DNA from: Nitrosococcus oceani ATCC 19707 | GTDB lineage: Bacteria; Pseudomonadota; Gammaproteobacteria; Nitrosococcales; Nitrosococcaceae | Reading direction: 5' to 3' | Assembly (NCBI RefSeq): GCF_000012805.1 | Contig: NC_007484.1 | Location: forward strand, 3,360,001 to 3,392,000 | Length of the DNA: 32,000 bases | In this document: positions 17,816-26,369 of the stretch, in pieces | Layout of the letters: every line of letters starts with the position of its first letter | Position numbering within the stretch: the stretch's first letter is position 1 | The notes under the pieces: model-generated | What the model was told of the DNA's origin: nothing | The model's input: only the letters and a program-made list of their open reading frames with translations | Database searches by the model: none | Position numbers and translations under genes: made by a program

Positions 17816-18439
17816 CTAATGGATGGGTCCAGAATGCTGCGGATTGATCCCCAAGCATCTCAACCTGCGCTCAAGACGAGGGCTGCCTGTTTTTGCCCAT
17901 AATTCATAGAGATCTAAAATGTCTTGCTCACTTGAACCGAAAGCGTTTTCGCCCACTTCCGCCAACACATCGACGAACTGCACAAACTGCTGAGATAACT
18001 GTCGAAAAATCGTCGCTAACGCCCGTTCTCTTGCATTTTGTCCTTTTATATCATAGAGATAGCCATAGGCACTGCCTCCCATGGCAATGTAATAATCCAC
18101 ATCCACCAAGCGACGACGAAAGTAACCTGAAAAAAGCCCAGAGATGAATAAAGCCACATCCCCCAAGCGCTGTAATATAAGTTTACGCTCGCTTTGGGAA
18201 GCCGCCCCAGCGGCAAAACCATACAATTCAGCTAAGGGCCGCAGGATAGGCCCTTCCTGAGTATAATCAAAAATTTTTTCCGAGCGAGAAAAATCGGTCA
18301 GGAGATTAACGAGATAAAAGACCGTTGCCTCATCTACTTTCACATGCTGGTTGGCAACGGCTTCTTGCAGGGAATCATAAAAAAAGGGCCGTAACTCGGA
18401 TCGGGTAACTAATTCCGGGTACCGACGATTATTGCCCAT
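17816..18439 (-). CDS. Hypothetical protein, predicted all-helical, no recognisable motif
   Basis: 207 aa, with AAGGG SD about 8 nt upstream of ATG 18439. Distinctive stretches: VFYLVNLLTDFSRSEKIF and LQRLGDVALFISGLFSGYFRRRLVDVDYYIAMGGSAYGYLY. Tightly coupled to the downstream ORF. Confidence 0.75.
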   Translation of the reverse strand: MGNNRRYPELVTRSELRPFFYDSLQEAVANQHVKVDEATVFYLVNLLTDFSRSEKIFDYTQEGPILRPLAELYGFAAGAASQSERKLILQRLGDVALFISGLFSGYFRRRLVDVDYYIAMGGSAYGYLYDIKGQNARERALATIFRQLSQQFVQFVDVLAEVGENAFGSSEQDILDLYELWAKTGSPRLERRLRCLGINPQHSGPIH

Positions 18440-18475
18440 AGAACTACCCTTTATTTTATTTATATCCTTAACTTG

Positions 18476-18505
18476 TTTTTAGCGTAACATAGAATAGTTT
18501 GTCAA
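18476..18505 (-). promoter_or_regulatory. Candidate sigma70 promoter for the two-gene hypothetical operon
   Basis: On the minus strand, a perfect TTGACA (18500-18505) is followed by an 18-nt spacer and TAAAAA (4/6 match to TATAAT), about 40 nt before ATG 18439. The -10 is weak, so this is tentative. Confidence 0.3.
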
Positions 18506-18581
18506 GAAAAAATTCTTTACCTATCAGCACTTAACTATCCTTGCTGCTAAATAGCGCTCGGCTCGACCATCACCTATGGCT

Positions 18582-19034
18582 TTATTTATCTAGCGCTTTC
18601 CGGAGTTTTTCTATTTCCTGCTCTGCGAGTATTTGCTTGGTCACATCATATTGTACTCCTAGGAAATAAAGCAGATTGCCCTCTTGATCGAATACCGGAT
18701 TAATTGCAAGATGATTATAGAAAAGCTCACCATTTTTTTTGTAATTCTTTAGATCTACCTCAACGGGAACGCGCTTTTGAATAGCCTCTCTGACCCGCCG
18801 TGATCCCTCTTGATCCCTATCGTTACCCTGTAAAATACGACAGTTTTTGCCAAGAATTTCTTCTTTTTTATATCCGGTTATTTTTTCAAAGGCTTCATTG
18901 ACATAAATAAGTGGATTGTCTTCCTGATCAGGATCAGTCAATGATATTCCATTTACACAGGAGTCCAAGATTTGCGATAAAACTCGAGGGATAAGCCCCT
19001 CATCTTTTTCAACGATAAACGGCATAATTGGCAT
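18582..19034 (-). CDS. Short LOV (light-oxygen-voltage) blue-light photoreceptor: PAS core plus flanking helices, no effector domain
   Basis: 150 aa with the canonical LOV signature YVNEAFEKITGYKKEEILGKNCRILQG...NYKKNGELFYNHLAINPVFDQEGNLLYFLGVQYDVTKQ. The adduct-forming Cys65 codon TGT is at 18840-18842. The C-terminal ILAEQEIEKLRKALDK looks like a J-alpha helix. GAGGAA SD upstream. Confidence 0.9.
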   Translation of the reverse strand: MPIMPFIVEKDEGLIPRVLSQILDSCVNGISLTDPDQEDNPLIYVNEAFEKITGYKKEEILGKNCRILQGNDRDQEGSRRVREAIQKRVPVEVDLKNYKKNGELFYNHLAINPVFDQEGNLLYFLGVQYDVTKQILAEQEIEKLRKALDK

Positions 19035-19180
19035 GATTGTTTTCCTCTTTCCAGAACGAGGGGATATTTCACCACCCGAAAATGACCTTTTAGCAATAGC
19101 CTTTACCTTCTCAAGAATATAGATATATTTAAGAGCGTATTTATTCAGACTACCTATTGAGAGTTGGCAGAATCGGCGGG

Positions 19181-19627
19181 TTACATTGTTTTTTCTTCGA
19201 GTAGCCCTTTCAGATTACGTACCGTGCTGTTAGTGCCTCCTCGGATAGCGGCCTCAATAAGCTTTTCAAATGGCCGCATAAAAAAATCAATCTTTAATAA
19301 TTCGAAGGTAAATTTAACTTGGGTTGCCTGATCAAGAGATGCAAAATTATAAATCACTCGAAAAGGCACCTGACCCGTTCCTTCACAGGAGAAACACTGA
19401 TTGGGTTCAAACCTGGTGATACGAAATTTAGACTCGGTACGGCGCCCTTGGTCTTTTCTCACCTGCCTCCCCAGCGTGCCAACCCTTACCGGCCCGTCAG
19501 AGAGTTGCTCTAACTCTACGACTTCAGGGGACCATTTGGGATAATTACTGAAGAAATCTACCGATATAAACCGGAACACATCCTCGACAGGCCGGGCTAT
19601 CACGATGCTTGATTGGGCGCTAATCAT
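19181..19627 (-). CDS. SRPBCC (START / polyketide cyclase-dehydrase-like) ligand-binding family protein
   Basis: 148 aa. Typical family N-terminus (SIVIARPVEDVFRFISVDFFSNYPKWSPEV) and a length and alternating pattern consistent with a helix-grip fold. Confidence 0.8.
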   Translation of the reverse strand: MISAQSSIVIARPVEDVFRFISVDFFSNYPKWSPEVVELEQLSDGPVRVGTLGRQVRKDQGRRTESKFRITRFEPNQCFSCEGTGQVPFRVIYNFASLDQATQVKFTFELLKIDFFMRPFEKLIEAAIRGGTNSTVRNLKGLLEEKTM

Positions 19628-19969
19628 GCTCAGGCTTCTACCTCACTGTATAATGGCAGTAGTTTAGTGACTGATATCATCAGTCCCGGATAACATCACG
19701 TGCCAACTTGACGAACCTGACAATAACGTAATCCTTAGTATATAGCAGTCTATTAATCTAAATTTCATGCGTTGTCAAATTGAGTCCAATAAAAATTTCC
19801 TAAAAGCGAGCTTTCAGTGGATAGTCACTGCTCCCCTCCCATGTCAATGCTTGCCACAAAATAGTCGACTTTACACCTATTTTTCCTTACGCTTCCATTA
19901 TCGCCTTAACCTAACGAGCTCCTGGCCGAATTAAGAACTAACAATGGAATAACTCTGGAGCAGAGAAAC

Positions 19970-21481
19970 ATGCCTTATCCCTTTGCCGTGATTTTTGTAG
20001 GTACCTTGCTATTTTTGACTAACCCCGTCTTAGCTAAGTCATGGGATTTGTTTCCCCGGCCAGCGATGCTAGAACAAGATATCCGTTTCTGGACCCGAGT
20101 TTACACTGAAATTGATAATAATCACGGCTTTATCCATGATAATCGGTACCTTAACGTCATTTATGAAGTAACTCCCCTGCCTATCCATCTAAGCTCCCAG
20201 GCCGCTAAGAAACACCTTCAGGAGCGGCGGCAATACTATCAAGGGATCTTGCTTCGCCTTGCCGAAGGCAAGCGGGATAATCTTACGGAAGAAGAGCGGC
20301 GAGTACTCGCACTTTGGCGGCGGAACGTGAACGATAAAACACTCCAGGCCGCCGCCTCAAGGCTCCGTTTCCAGCGGGGGCAGGCAAATCGTTTTCGTGA
20401 AGGATTAGTCCGCGCTGGCGTCTATAAACCTTTTATCCTCAAAACTTTGGATTCCCTCGGCCTACCACGGGAACTTGCCGTATTACCCCATGTAGAGTCC
20501 TCATTTGACCCAACCGCCTATTCCCATGCTGGCGCTGCGGGGCTATGGCAGTTCACCCGTCCCACTGGGCGCCGTTTTATGCGCATTGACCATGTGGTAG
20601 ATGAACGCCTGGATCCCTTCAAGGCCACGGTGGCCGCCGCCCGTTTGCTTCAGCATAACTATGAAAAGACCGGTACCTGGCCCTTAGCTATTACCGCTTA
20701 CAATCACGGCGTAGCAGGGATGCAGCGGGCCAAAAAGCAAATGGAAACCTCGGATATTGTGGCTATCCGGCAAAATTATAAAAGCCCTACTTTTGGTTTT
20801 GCCTCGCGTAATTTTTATGTGGCCTTTCTTGCGGCCTTGGAGGTAGATACCAACGCAAAACTTTATTTTGGCCACTTTCAGGCAGATAAACCAGTAAAAA
20901 GTGAGAGTATAGAACTTACTGACTTCGTCCCTGCTCATGCCCTGCAGCGGGTTTTAGGACTCGATCAAACCACGCTCAAACAAAGCAATCCTGCCCTGCT
21001 CTCGCCCGTTTGGAAAGGCCATAAATACTTGCCTCGGGGCTATGAGCTACGTATACCTTGTACCCCCACTTGTAGTAGATCTAAAGTGCTAGCCTATCTA
21101 GCCCCTTGGGAACGATTTGAGAAACAAATACCGAATCGTTTTCATAAAGTTCAACAGGGACAAACCCTATCTCATATTGCTCGGCGCTATCGCATTAATG
21201 TCCATCAGCTAGTAAAATTGAATGGGCTTACCAACCGCCATCACATCCGGATGGGACAAACCCTACAGCTACCTTTCCCTGCCACTGCAAACAGAAACCA
21301 TATTCGCTCAAAGACTGGGCATTACACGGTGCAACGTGGCGATACGCTTTCTAGAATTGCCCAACGTTTTGGAATGACCCAGCAAGCACTCCTAAAAAGC
21401 AATGATATTACCGATAAACATCGAATTTATGCTGGCCAAAATTTACTGCTAGCACAACTCCCTTCCTCCTCTGAAAACTAG
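19970..21481 (+). CDS. mltD: Membrane-bound lytic murein transglycosylase D (SLT domain plus two C-terminal LysM domains)
   Basis: Signal peptide or lipoprotein-like N-terminus. SLT catalytic block LAVLPHVESSFDPTAYSHAGAAGLWQF and AYNHG. Two LysM repeats (HKVQQGQTLSHIARRYRINVHQLVKLNGL; YTVQRGDTLSRIAQRFGMTQQALLKSNDI). GGAG 9 nt upstream of the ATG. Confidence 0.9.
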   Translation: MPYPFAVIFVGTLLFLTNPVLAKSWDLFPRPAMLEQDIRFWTRVYTEIDNNHGFIHDNRYLNVIYEVTPLPIHLSSQAAKKHLQERRQYYQGILLRLAEGKRDNLTEEERRVLALWRRNVNDKTLQAAASRLRFQRGQANRFREGLVRAGVYKPFILKTLDSLGLPRELAVLPHVESSFDPTAYSHAGAAGLWQFTRPTGRRFMRIDHVVDERLDPFKATVAAARLLQHNYEKTGTWPLAITAYNHGVAGMQRAKKQMETSDIVAIRQNYKSPTFGFASRNFYVAFLAALEVDTNAKLYFGHFQADKPVKSESIELTDFVPAHALQRVLGLDQTTLKQSNPALLSPVWKGHKYLPRGYELRIPCTPTCSRSKVLAYLAPWERFEKQIPNRFHKVQQGQTLSHIARRYRINVHQLVKLNGLTNRHHIRMGQTLQLPFPATANRNHIRSKTGHYTVQRGDTLSRIAQRFGMTQQALLKSNDITDKHRIYAGQNLLLAQLPSSSEN

Positions 21482-21515
21482 CACATAGCATGTCTCAGCT
21501 TTACCAGAGGAGCGG

Positions 21516-21568
21516 CTCGGGGCATCCGAAAAATGTCCCGAGGGAGCGTGCGCATCAAACTTTTTTTT
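21516..21568 (+). terminator. Hairpin plus distal T8 run downstream of mltD (weak terminator candidate)
   Basis: CTCGGGGCAT (21516-21525) pairs with ATGTCCCGAG (21533-21542), giving 10 bp including one G-U, with a 7-nt loop. The T8 run (21561-21568) is 18 nt further on, so the geometry is non-canonical. Confidence 0.3.
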
Positions 21569-21742
21569 AGAGAGAAAAAACGGGTTTGCGGAATACCGCC
21601 AACTTGCTCCAAGCATACTTCAAAGTTCTCGCTGGGATACTTAATCTTCGTTTCTACTCCACCCAATCCTCGCCCATTACCATTTGGCATACCTCGAACT
21701 AACGTTAAAATAAGATAGTGTTCAGCATTCAGCGGTCATATA

Positions 21743-22537
21743 ATGAACTGGTGGGGTAAAACATTAGGTGGCACCTTTGGTTTTCTATTGGGAGGTCCCT
21801 TAGGCGGTCTGTTGGGTACGGCCTTGGGCCACCAGATTGATAATGGACTGAAGAAAATTGCCTCTCTAGGGCTTTCCTCGGAAGAGCGAAAGCAAGTCCA
21901 AAGCGTATTTTTTACTACCACCTTTTCGGTGATGGGACATCTGGCTAAGGCGGATGGCTGGGTCTCGCCCAACGAGATTCGGATGGCTGAAATTATTATG
22001 ACCCGCATGAAACTTTCACCAGAGCGGCGCAGAGTTGCCATTGGACTATTTAATCAGGGTAAGCAACCTGATTTTCCTCTCAATGAGGTACTGGATCAAT
22101 TCTACCGCAATTGTCGTTATCAGCGTGTCTTGGTACGTGTATTCCTGCAAATTCAACTGCAAGCAGCCATGGCTGATGGCCCCATTAACAGGGCGAAACA
22201 GCATTTATTGTGGCACATCTTTGCCCGCTTGGGGATCTCCCAGCGAGAGTTTAAGGTTCTGCTTTCATTACTCCAGGGAAAATGGGAACAAAAAGCGACA
22301 GGCAGAGGTGAAACACAGCAGCGCCGCCACCTCAAACGAGCCTATACCATCCTAGAAATCAATGAAAGCGCTAGCAATGCTGAGGTGAAGCACGCTTATC
22401 GGCGTCTAATGAGTCAACATCATCCGGATAAGCTGGCTGCCAAAGGATTACCTGAAGACTTGATGACACTTGCTACCGAAAAGGCTAAAACCATTGGCGC
22501 CGCCTATGAACAAATTCGTAAAATCCGGGGTTTTTAA
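21743..22537 (+). CDS. djlA: Co-chaperone DjlA (N-terminal TM, TerB-like domain, C-terminal J domain)
   Basis: 264 aa. Gly-rich TM start MNWWGKTLGGTFGFLLGGPLGGLLG, as in E. coli DjlA. C-terminal J domain AYTILEINESASNAEVKHAYRRLMSQHHPDKL. Confidence 0.9.
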   Translation: MNWWGKTLGGTFGFLLGGPLGGLLGTALGHQIDNGLKKIASLGLSSEERKQVQSVFFTTTFSVMGHLAKADGWVSPNEIRMAEIIMTRMKLSPERRRVAIGLFNQGKQPDFPLNEVLDQFYRNCRYQRVLVRVFLQIQLQAAMADGPINRAKQHLLWHIFARLGISQREFKVLLSLLQGKWEQKATGRGETQQRRHLKRAYTILEINESASNAEVKHAYRRLMSQHHPDKLAAKGLPEDLMTLATEKAKTIGAAYEQIRKIRGF

Positions 22538-22564
22538 TCTAATGGCAACTATCCTCAAGAAAGC

Positions 22565-23413
22565 ATGGGGCTTGCCATCCTGCTAAAGGGCGCGTTCTTG
22601 CTTATCCTTGCCTATGGGATATTGGCACTCCTAGCATATCTCTTCCAACCTTATCTGTTGTACCTGCCCAATACTCCTAGCAGGACCGTGACAGGAACTC
22701 CAGCGCAGATAGGTCTTGCCTTTGAAACAGTTACCCTGAGCACCGAGGATGGCATTACCATTAAGGGTTGGTACTTACCCGCTGCTAAAGAGCGAGGAAC
22801 AATACTGTTTTTTCACGGCAATGCTGGCAATATTGCCCACCGCCTAGACTCCTTAAGGCTATTCCACAGTCTTGGGCTCTCCAGTTTTATTATTGATTAC
22901 CGAGGCTACGGTCACAGCCAAGGCCATCCTACCGAAGTGGGCACCTATCAAGATGCTCAAGCCGCTTGGCATTATCTGACCCAGCAACGCCAAATTCCTG
23001 GGAGGAAAATTATCGTCTTTGGCCGCTCTTTAGGGGGGGCCATTGCCTCACAGCTAGCCGCTCATACCCAGCCGGGAGCCTTAATCGTGGAATCGGCTTT
23101 TACCTCCATTCCAGATTTAGCGGCAGAACTCTATCCTTTCCTGCCGACCCGATGGCTAGTCCGCTTTCAGTACCCTACCGAAAATTTCCTGCAAAAGGCT
23201 ACTTGCCCCGTACTTATCATTCATAGTCGTGACGATGAAATTATCCCTTTCGCCCATGGGCAAGCGCTTTTTAAAGCCGCTCTTCTCCCTAAACAACTGC
23301 TGGTACTAAACGGAAACCACAACGATGCCTTTTTGGTCAGCGAGCGAGCCTACCTACAAGGTATCGATGCCTTTCTGCAAACTTACTTCGATCAATATTG
23401 GAGCGTTAAATAA
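22565..23413 (+). CDS. Alpha/beta-fold hydrolase (Bem46/ABHD13-like serine hydrolase) with N-terminal TM anchor
   Basis: FFHGNAGN oxyanion region, nucleophile elbow GRSLGG, late D (HSRDDEIIP) and H (GNHND). Confidence 0.85.
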   Translation: MGLAILLKGAFLLILAYGILALLAYLFQPYLLYLPNTPSRTVTGTPAQIGLAFETVTLSTEDGITIKGWYLPAAKERGTILFFHGNAGNIAHRLDSLRLFHSLGLSSFIIDYRGYGHSQGHPTEVGTYQDAQAAWHYLTQQRQIPGRKIIVFGRSLGGAIASQLAAHTQPGALIVESAFTSIPDLAAELYPFLPTRWLVRFQYPTENFLQKATCPVLIIHSRDDEIIPFAHGQALFKAALLPKQLLVLNGNHNDAFLVSERAYLQGIDAFLQTYFDQYWSVK

Positions 23414-23426
23414 TCACTCGATAATT

Positions 23427-24086
23427 TTATCGACGCCGCTCAATATGATCGATAACAACAGCGGTTCCAGACTCCAGAATGAGCTTGTCACCCTCCTTTA
23501 AGAGCGTAAATTTGAGACTCCCCTTCAAGCTTCGAGGACCAGAAAGCACGAATTGATCCTGGGTTTCACCGCTTAGTAATGCGGAATCCAAGGATTCGCC
23601 CACTTCTTGCACCAACTCTTCACCAATGATCTCATCATGCCCTGCTTGCTCGAACATACCTGTAAACCAAATCTGGTTACCCGTTGAAACTCCTACTCCG
23701 GTTGCAGTAGCAAAAAATCCCTTCAATTTGACGCTGCTATAGACTAGCCCCTGCGGTCCACTAAGGAAATCATGTTCAAAGCTTACCGTCCTTATCTCTT
23801 CGGAAGCCTCTGTCGCCACGAATGCCACATTCCGAAATTCGATTGCATTCACATTTTCACGCGTTCTATCAATGCAAATCCTAGGTGCTTTCCCGGCTTC
23901 ACTCCCCACCACTCGGAGCTCGGAATAATCACCCTCGATGGCCACACAGGTTCCGGCGAAACCGCCTTTCTCATCAGCTTCTAATATTTTCCCTTGGATG
24001 CTGGTGATCAACACACGGGCAGAGCTAACTTCTAGCCCCATCATCAATAAAAATAAGCTTAGGGTAGCAGTCCAAAGCAACCTCAT
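23427..24086 (-). CDS. Exported hypothetical protein
   Basis: 219 aa with signal peptide MRLLWTATLSLFLLMMGLEVSSA. No motif I recognise. Converges on the hydrolase gene with a 13-nt gap. Confidence 0.6.
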   Translation of the reverse strand: MRLLWTATLSLFLLMMGLEVSSARVLITSIQGKILEADEKGGFAGTCVAIEGDYSELRVVGSEAGKAPRICIDRTRENVNAIEFRNVAFVATEASEEIRTVSFEHDFLSGPQGLVYSSVKLKGFFATATGVGVSTGNQIWFTGMFEQAGHDEIIGEELVQEVGESLDSALLSGETQDQFVLSGPRSLKGSLKFTLLKEGDKLILESGTAVVIDHIERRR

Positions 24087-24598
24087 CGTCCATCCCCCTA
24101 TAAAATTATCTACCGTTACTAAAAAAATGCCTGGGCTTTCCGCAATTACTCCCCACTCTCTGCTTGCTCAAAACTTTCAGTTTAGAAATTGGGTATGGGC
24201 CTTCGCCGGCAAAGAAAACGGGTCACCTTGCCACCCCTTGATAAACTTGAGTATTTGCTTTTCAGGCAACTTCCCGGTTTTCATCAGTTGCTCCCTGGAA
24301 GCCTTTATTTTGGACAGTATACGATACACTTTAAATGGATAGCATGCTTAATATGCTCCCTTACATCGTAAACGCTCGCCTAATGGGGTAGAAATAATCA
24401 ATTGCTTCCATTGTATAATGCTTTCAACTGGAGGATCAGCCTGGTTCCGCAAGTCAAGACTCACCCCCAATTTCCAAACTGGAAGCAGCGGTGAGTAAAG
24501 CTTGCATCGTTATTCCGCTAAAAGGGGCTTCGCCGTGCGCGAGGTAAAAGGTGGATAGAAAAACGTGATTTAAGAGATTATTTTTCTTCAACAAAATA

Positions 24599-25810
24599 AT
24601 GATTGCTCATCCTTTAAGAGAAAAACGTATACTGCTAGGGATTAGTGGTAGTATCGCGGCTTATAAAGGTGCCGATTTGGTCCGCCGGCTGCGAGAGCTG
24701 GGGGCTGAGGTGCAAGTTGTCATGACGGCTACCGCCCAGGGATTTGTCACTTCTCTCACCTTTCAAGCATTAAGCGGGAAACCCGTTCATACTGAACTTA
24801 TGGATCCGGCTCAAGAGGCAGCCATGGGGCATATTGCCTTAGCCCGCTGGGCGGATTTGCTGTTAGTGGCGCCAGCCTCAGCGGATTGCCTAGCTCGGTT
24901 AGCCCAGGGCCAGGCTAATGATTTGCTTACCGCGATATGCCTAGCGACGACCGCCCCTTTGGCAGTAGCCCCCAGCATGAATCAACAGATGTGGCAAGCT
25001 CTGGCAACGCAAGAAAACATGGCGGTTTTATGTAGGCGGGGAGTGCAGGTATGGGGACCCGCTAAAGGAGAGCAAGCCTGCGGCGAGCAAGGCCCGGGGC
25101 GGATGTTAGAGCCCCACGAGCTAATAGGGGCAGCGGCGAAGCTATTGACTGAGCCCTTCCTCGCTGGCCGGTCCGTGCTGATAACTGCTGGACCCACCCG
25201 TGAATTCTGGGACCCGGTACGTTTCCTCAGTAACCGAAGTTCTGGCAAGATGGGATATGCGCTGGCTGCCGCAGTGGCTGAGGCCGGAGCCCAGGTAACA
25301 CTGATTAGCGGACCCGTGGCGCTTGACGTGCCTCCGGGGGTACATCGGATTCAGGTGGAGAGCGCTCAGCAGATGTGCGATGCTACGCTTGCCCAGGTGG
25401 CGGTCATGGATATCCTGATTGCTTGTGCTGCCGTGGCCGATTATCGGCCTACTAAACAAGCGGCTCAAAAAATTAAAAAGACGGATCAGGGCCTAACCCT
25501 AGCGCTAGAGCGAACAACCGATATCCTTGAACAATTGGCTAATTTGGCCGATAAACCCTTTATCGTTGGATTTGCCGCGGAAACCGAGCGCCTCGAAATC
25601 AATGCATACCGTAAACTTAAACTCAAAGGGCTTGATATGATTGCCGCCAATTGGGTGCAAGGAGGGCAAGGTTTCGAGGCGGATGACAATGCCCTAACAG
25701 TCCTATGGCCTGGTGGTAAAGTAGAACTGCCCAGGACGTCTAAAACTCAGCTAGCCCGAGCGCTTATAAAATTGATTGCGGAATATTATCATGCCAAAGG
25801 TTCAGCTTAA
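24599..25810 (+). CDS. coaBC: Bifunctional phosphopantothenoylcysteine decarboxylase / phosphopantothenate-cysteine ligase
   Basis: 403 aa. N-terminal flavoprotein domain ([40 protein letters not shown]) and C-terminal CoaB domain ([33 protein letters not shown]). Confidence 0.95.
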
Positions 25811-26246
25811 AATTCTAGATTCCCGCCTTGGAAAGGAGTTCCCTCTGCCGGATTATGCCACTGCAGGAGCGGCGGGTTTGGATCTGCGGGCTTGTATAGA
25901 AAGGCCCCTAGCCATTTTACCCGGCGCCACCAAATTGATTCCTACGGGGCTAGCAATTTATATCGCTGATCCGAGGTTTGCTGCGGTGCTACTTCCCCGC
26001 TCCGGGTTGGGACATAAACAAGGTATTGTGCTGGGTAATCTGGTGGGCCTTATTGATAGCGATTATCAGGGGGAGATTCTGGTTTCTTGTTGGAACCGGG
26101 GGGCGGAGCCTTTTACCCTTGCCGTGGGGGAACGAATTGCCCAGATGATTTTTGTGCCAGTAGTGCAGATGGAATTCGAGCAAGTAGAAACTTTTACCGC
26201 TACTCTGCGGGGAGAAGGGGGCTTTGGCCATACGGGCCGGCACTAA
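25791..26246 (+). CDS. dut: dUTP diphosphatase
   Basis: 151 aa from ATG 25791 ([14 protein letters not shown]..., cf. E. coli Dut). Motifs [32 protein letters not shown] and [10 protein letters not shown]. It overlaps the coaBC 3' end by 20 nt; the track start TTG 25776 is less likely. Confidence 0.95.
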
Positions 26247-26369
26247 CCCGAAAGCCGCTTTAATCTCAGCCCTTATTTTTGGTTATCGGTACTCATTTTG
26301 AAGCTATTAGGCCGGAACACGGGTTTTGAGACTTAAGCTTAATAGTCATAAAATCGAAGGATAGAATCT

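Noticed and set aside
21478-21718. 70-aa (minus) and 61-aa (plus) track ORFs in the mltD-djlA spacer
   Set aside because: They are mutually overlapping, have no SD, are compositionally odd (Gly/Arg/Pro-rich from low-complexity DNA), and span the putative mltD terminator.
23938-24371. 134-aa and 60-aa plus-strand ORFs upstream of coaBC
   Set aside because: The first overlaps the 5' end of the exported-protein gene antisense. Both lack an SD and any motif, so the region is treated as intergenic.
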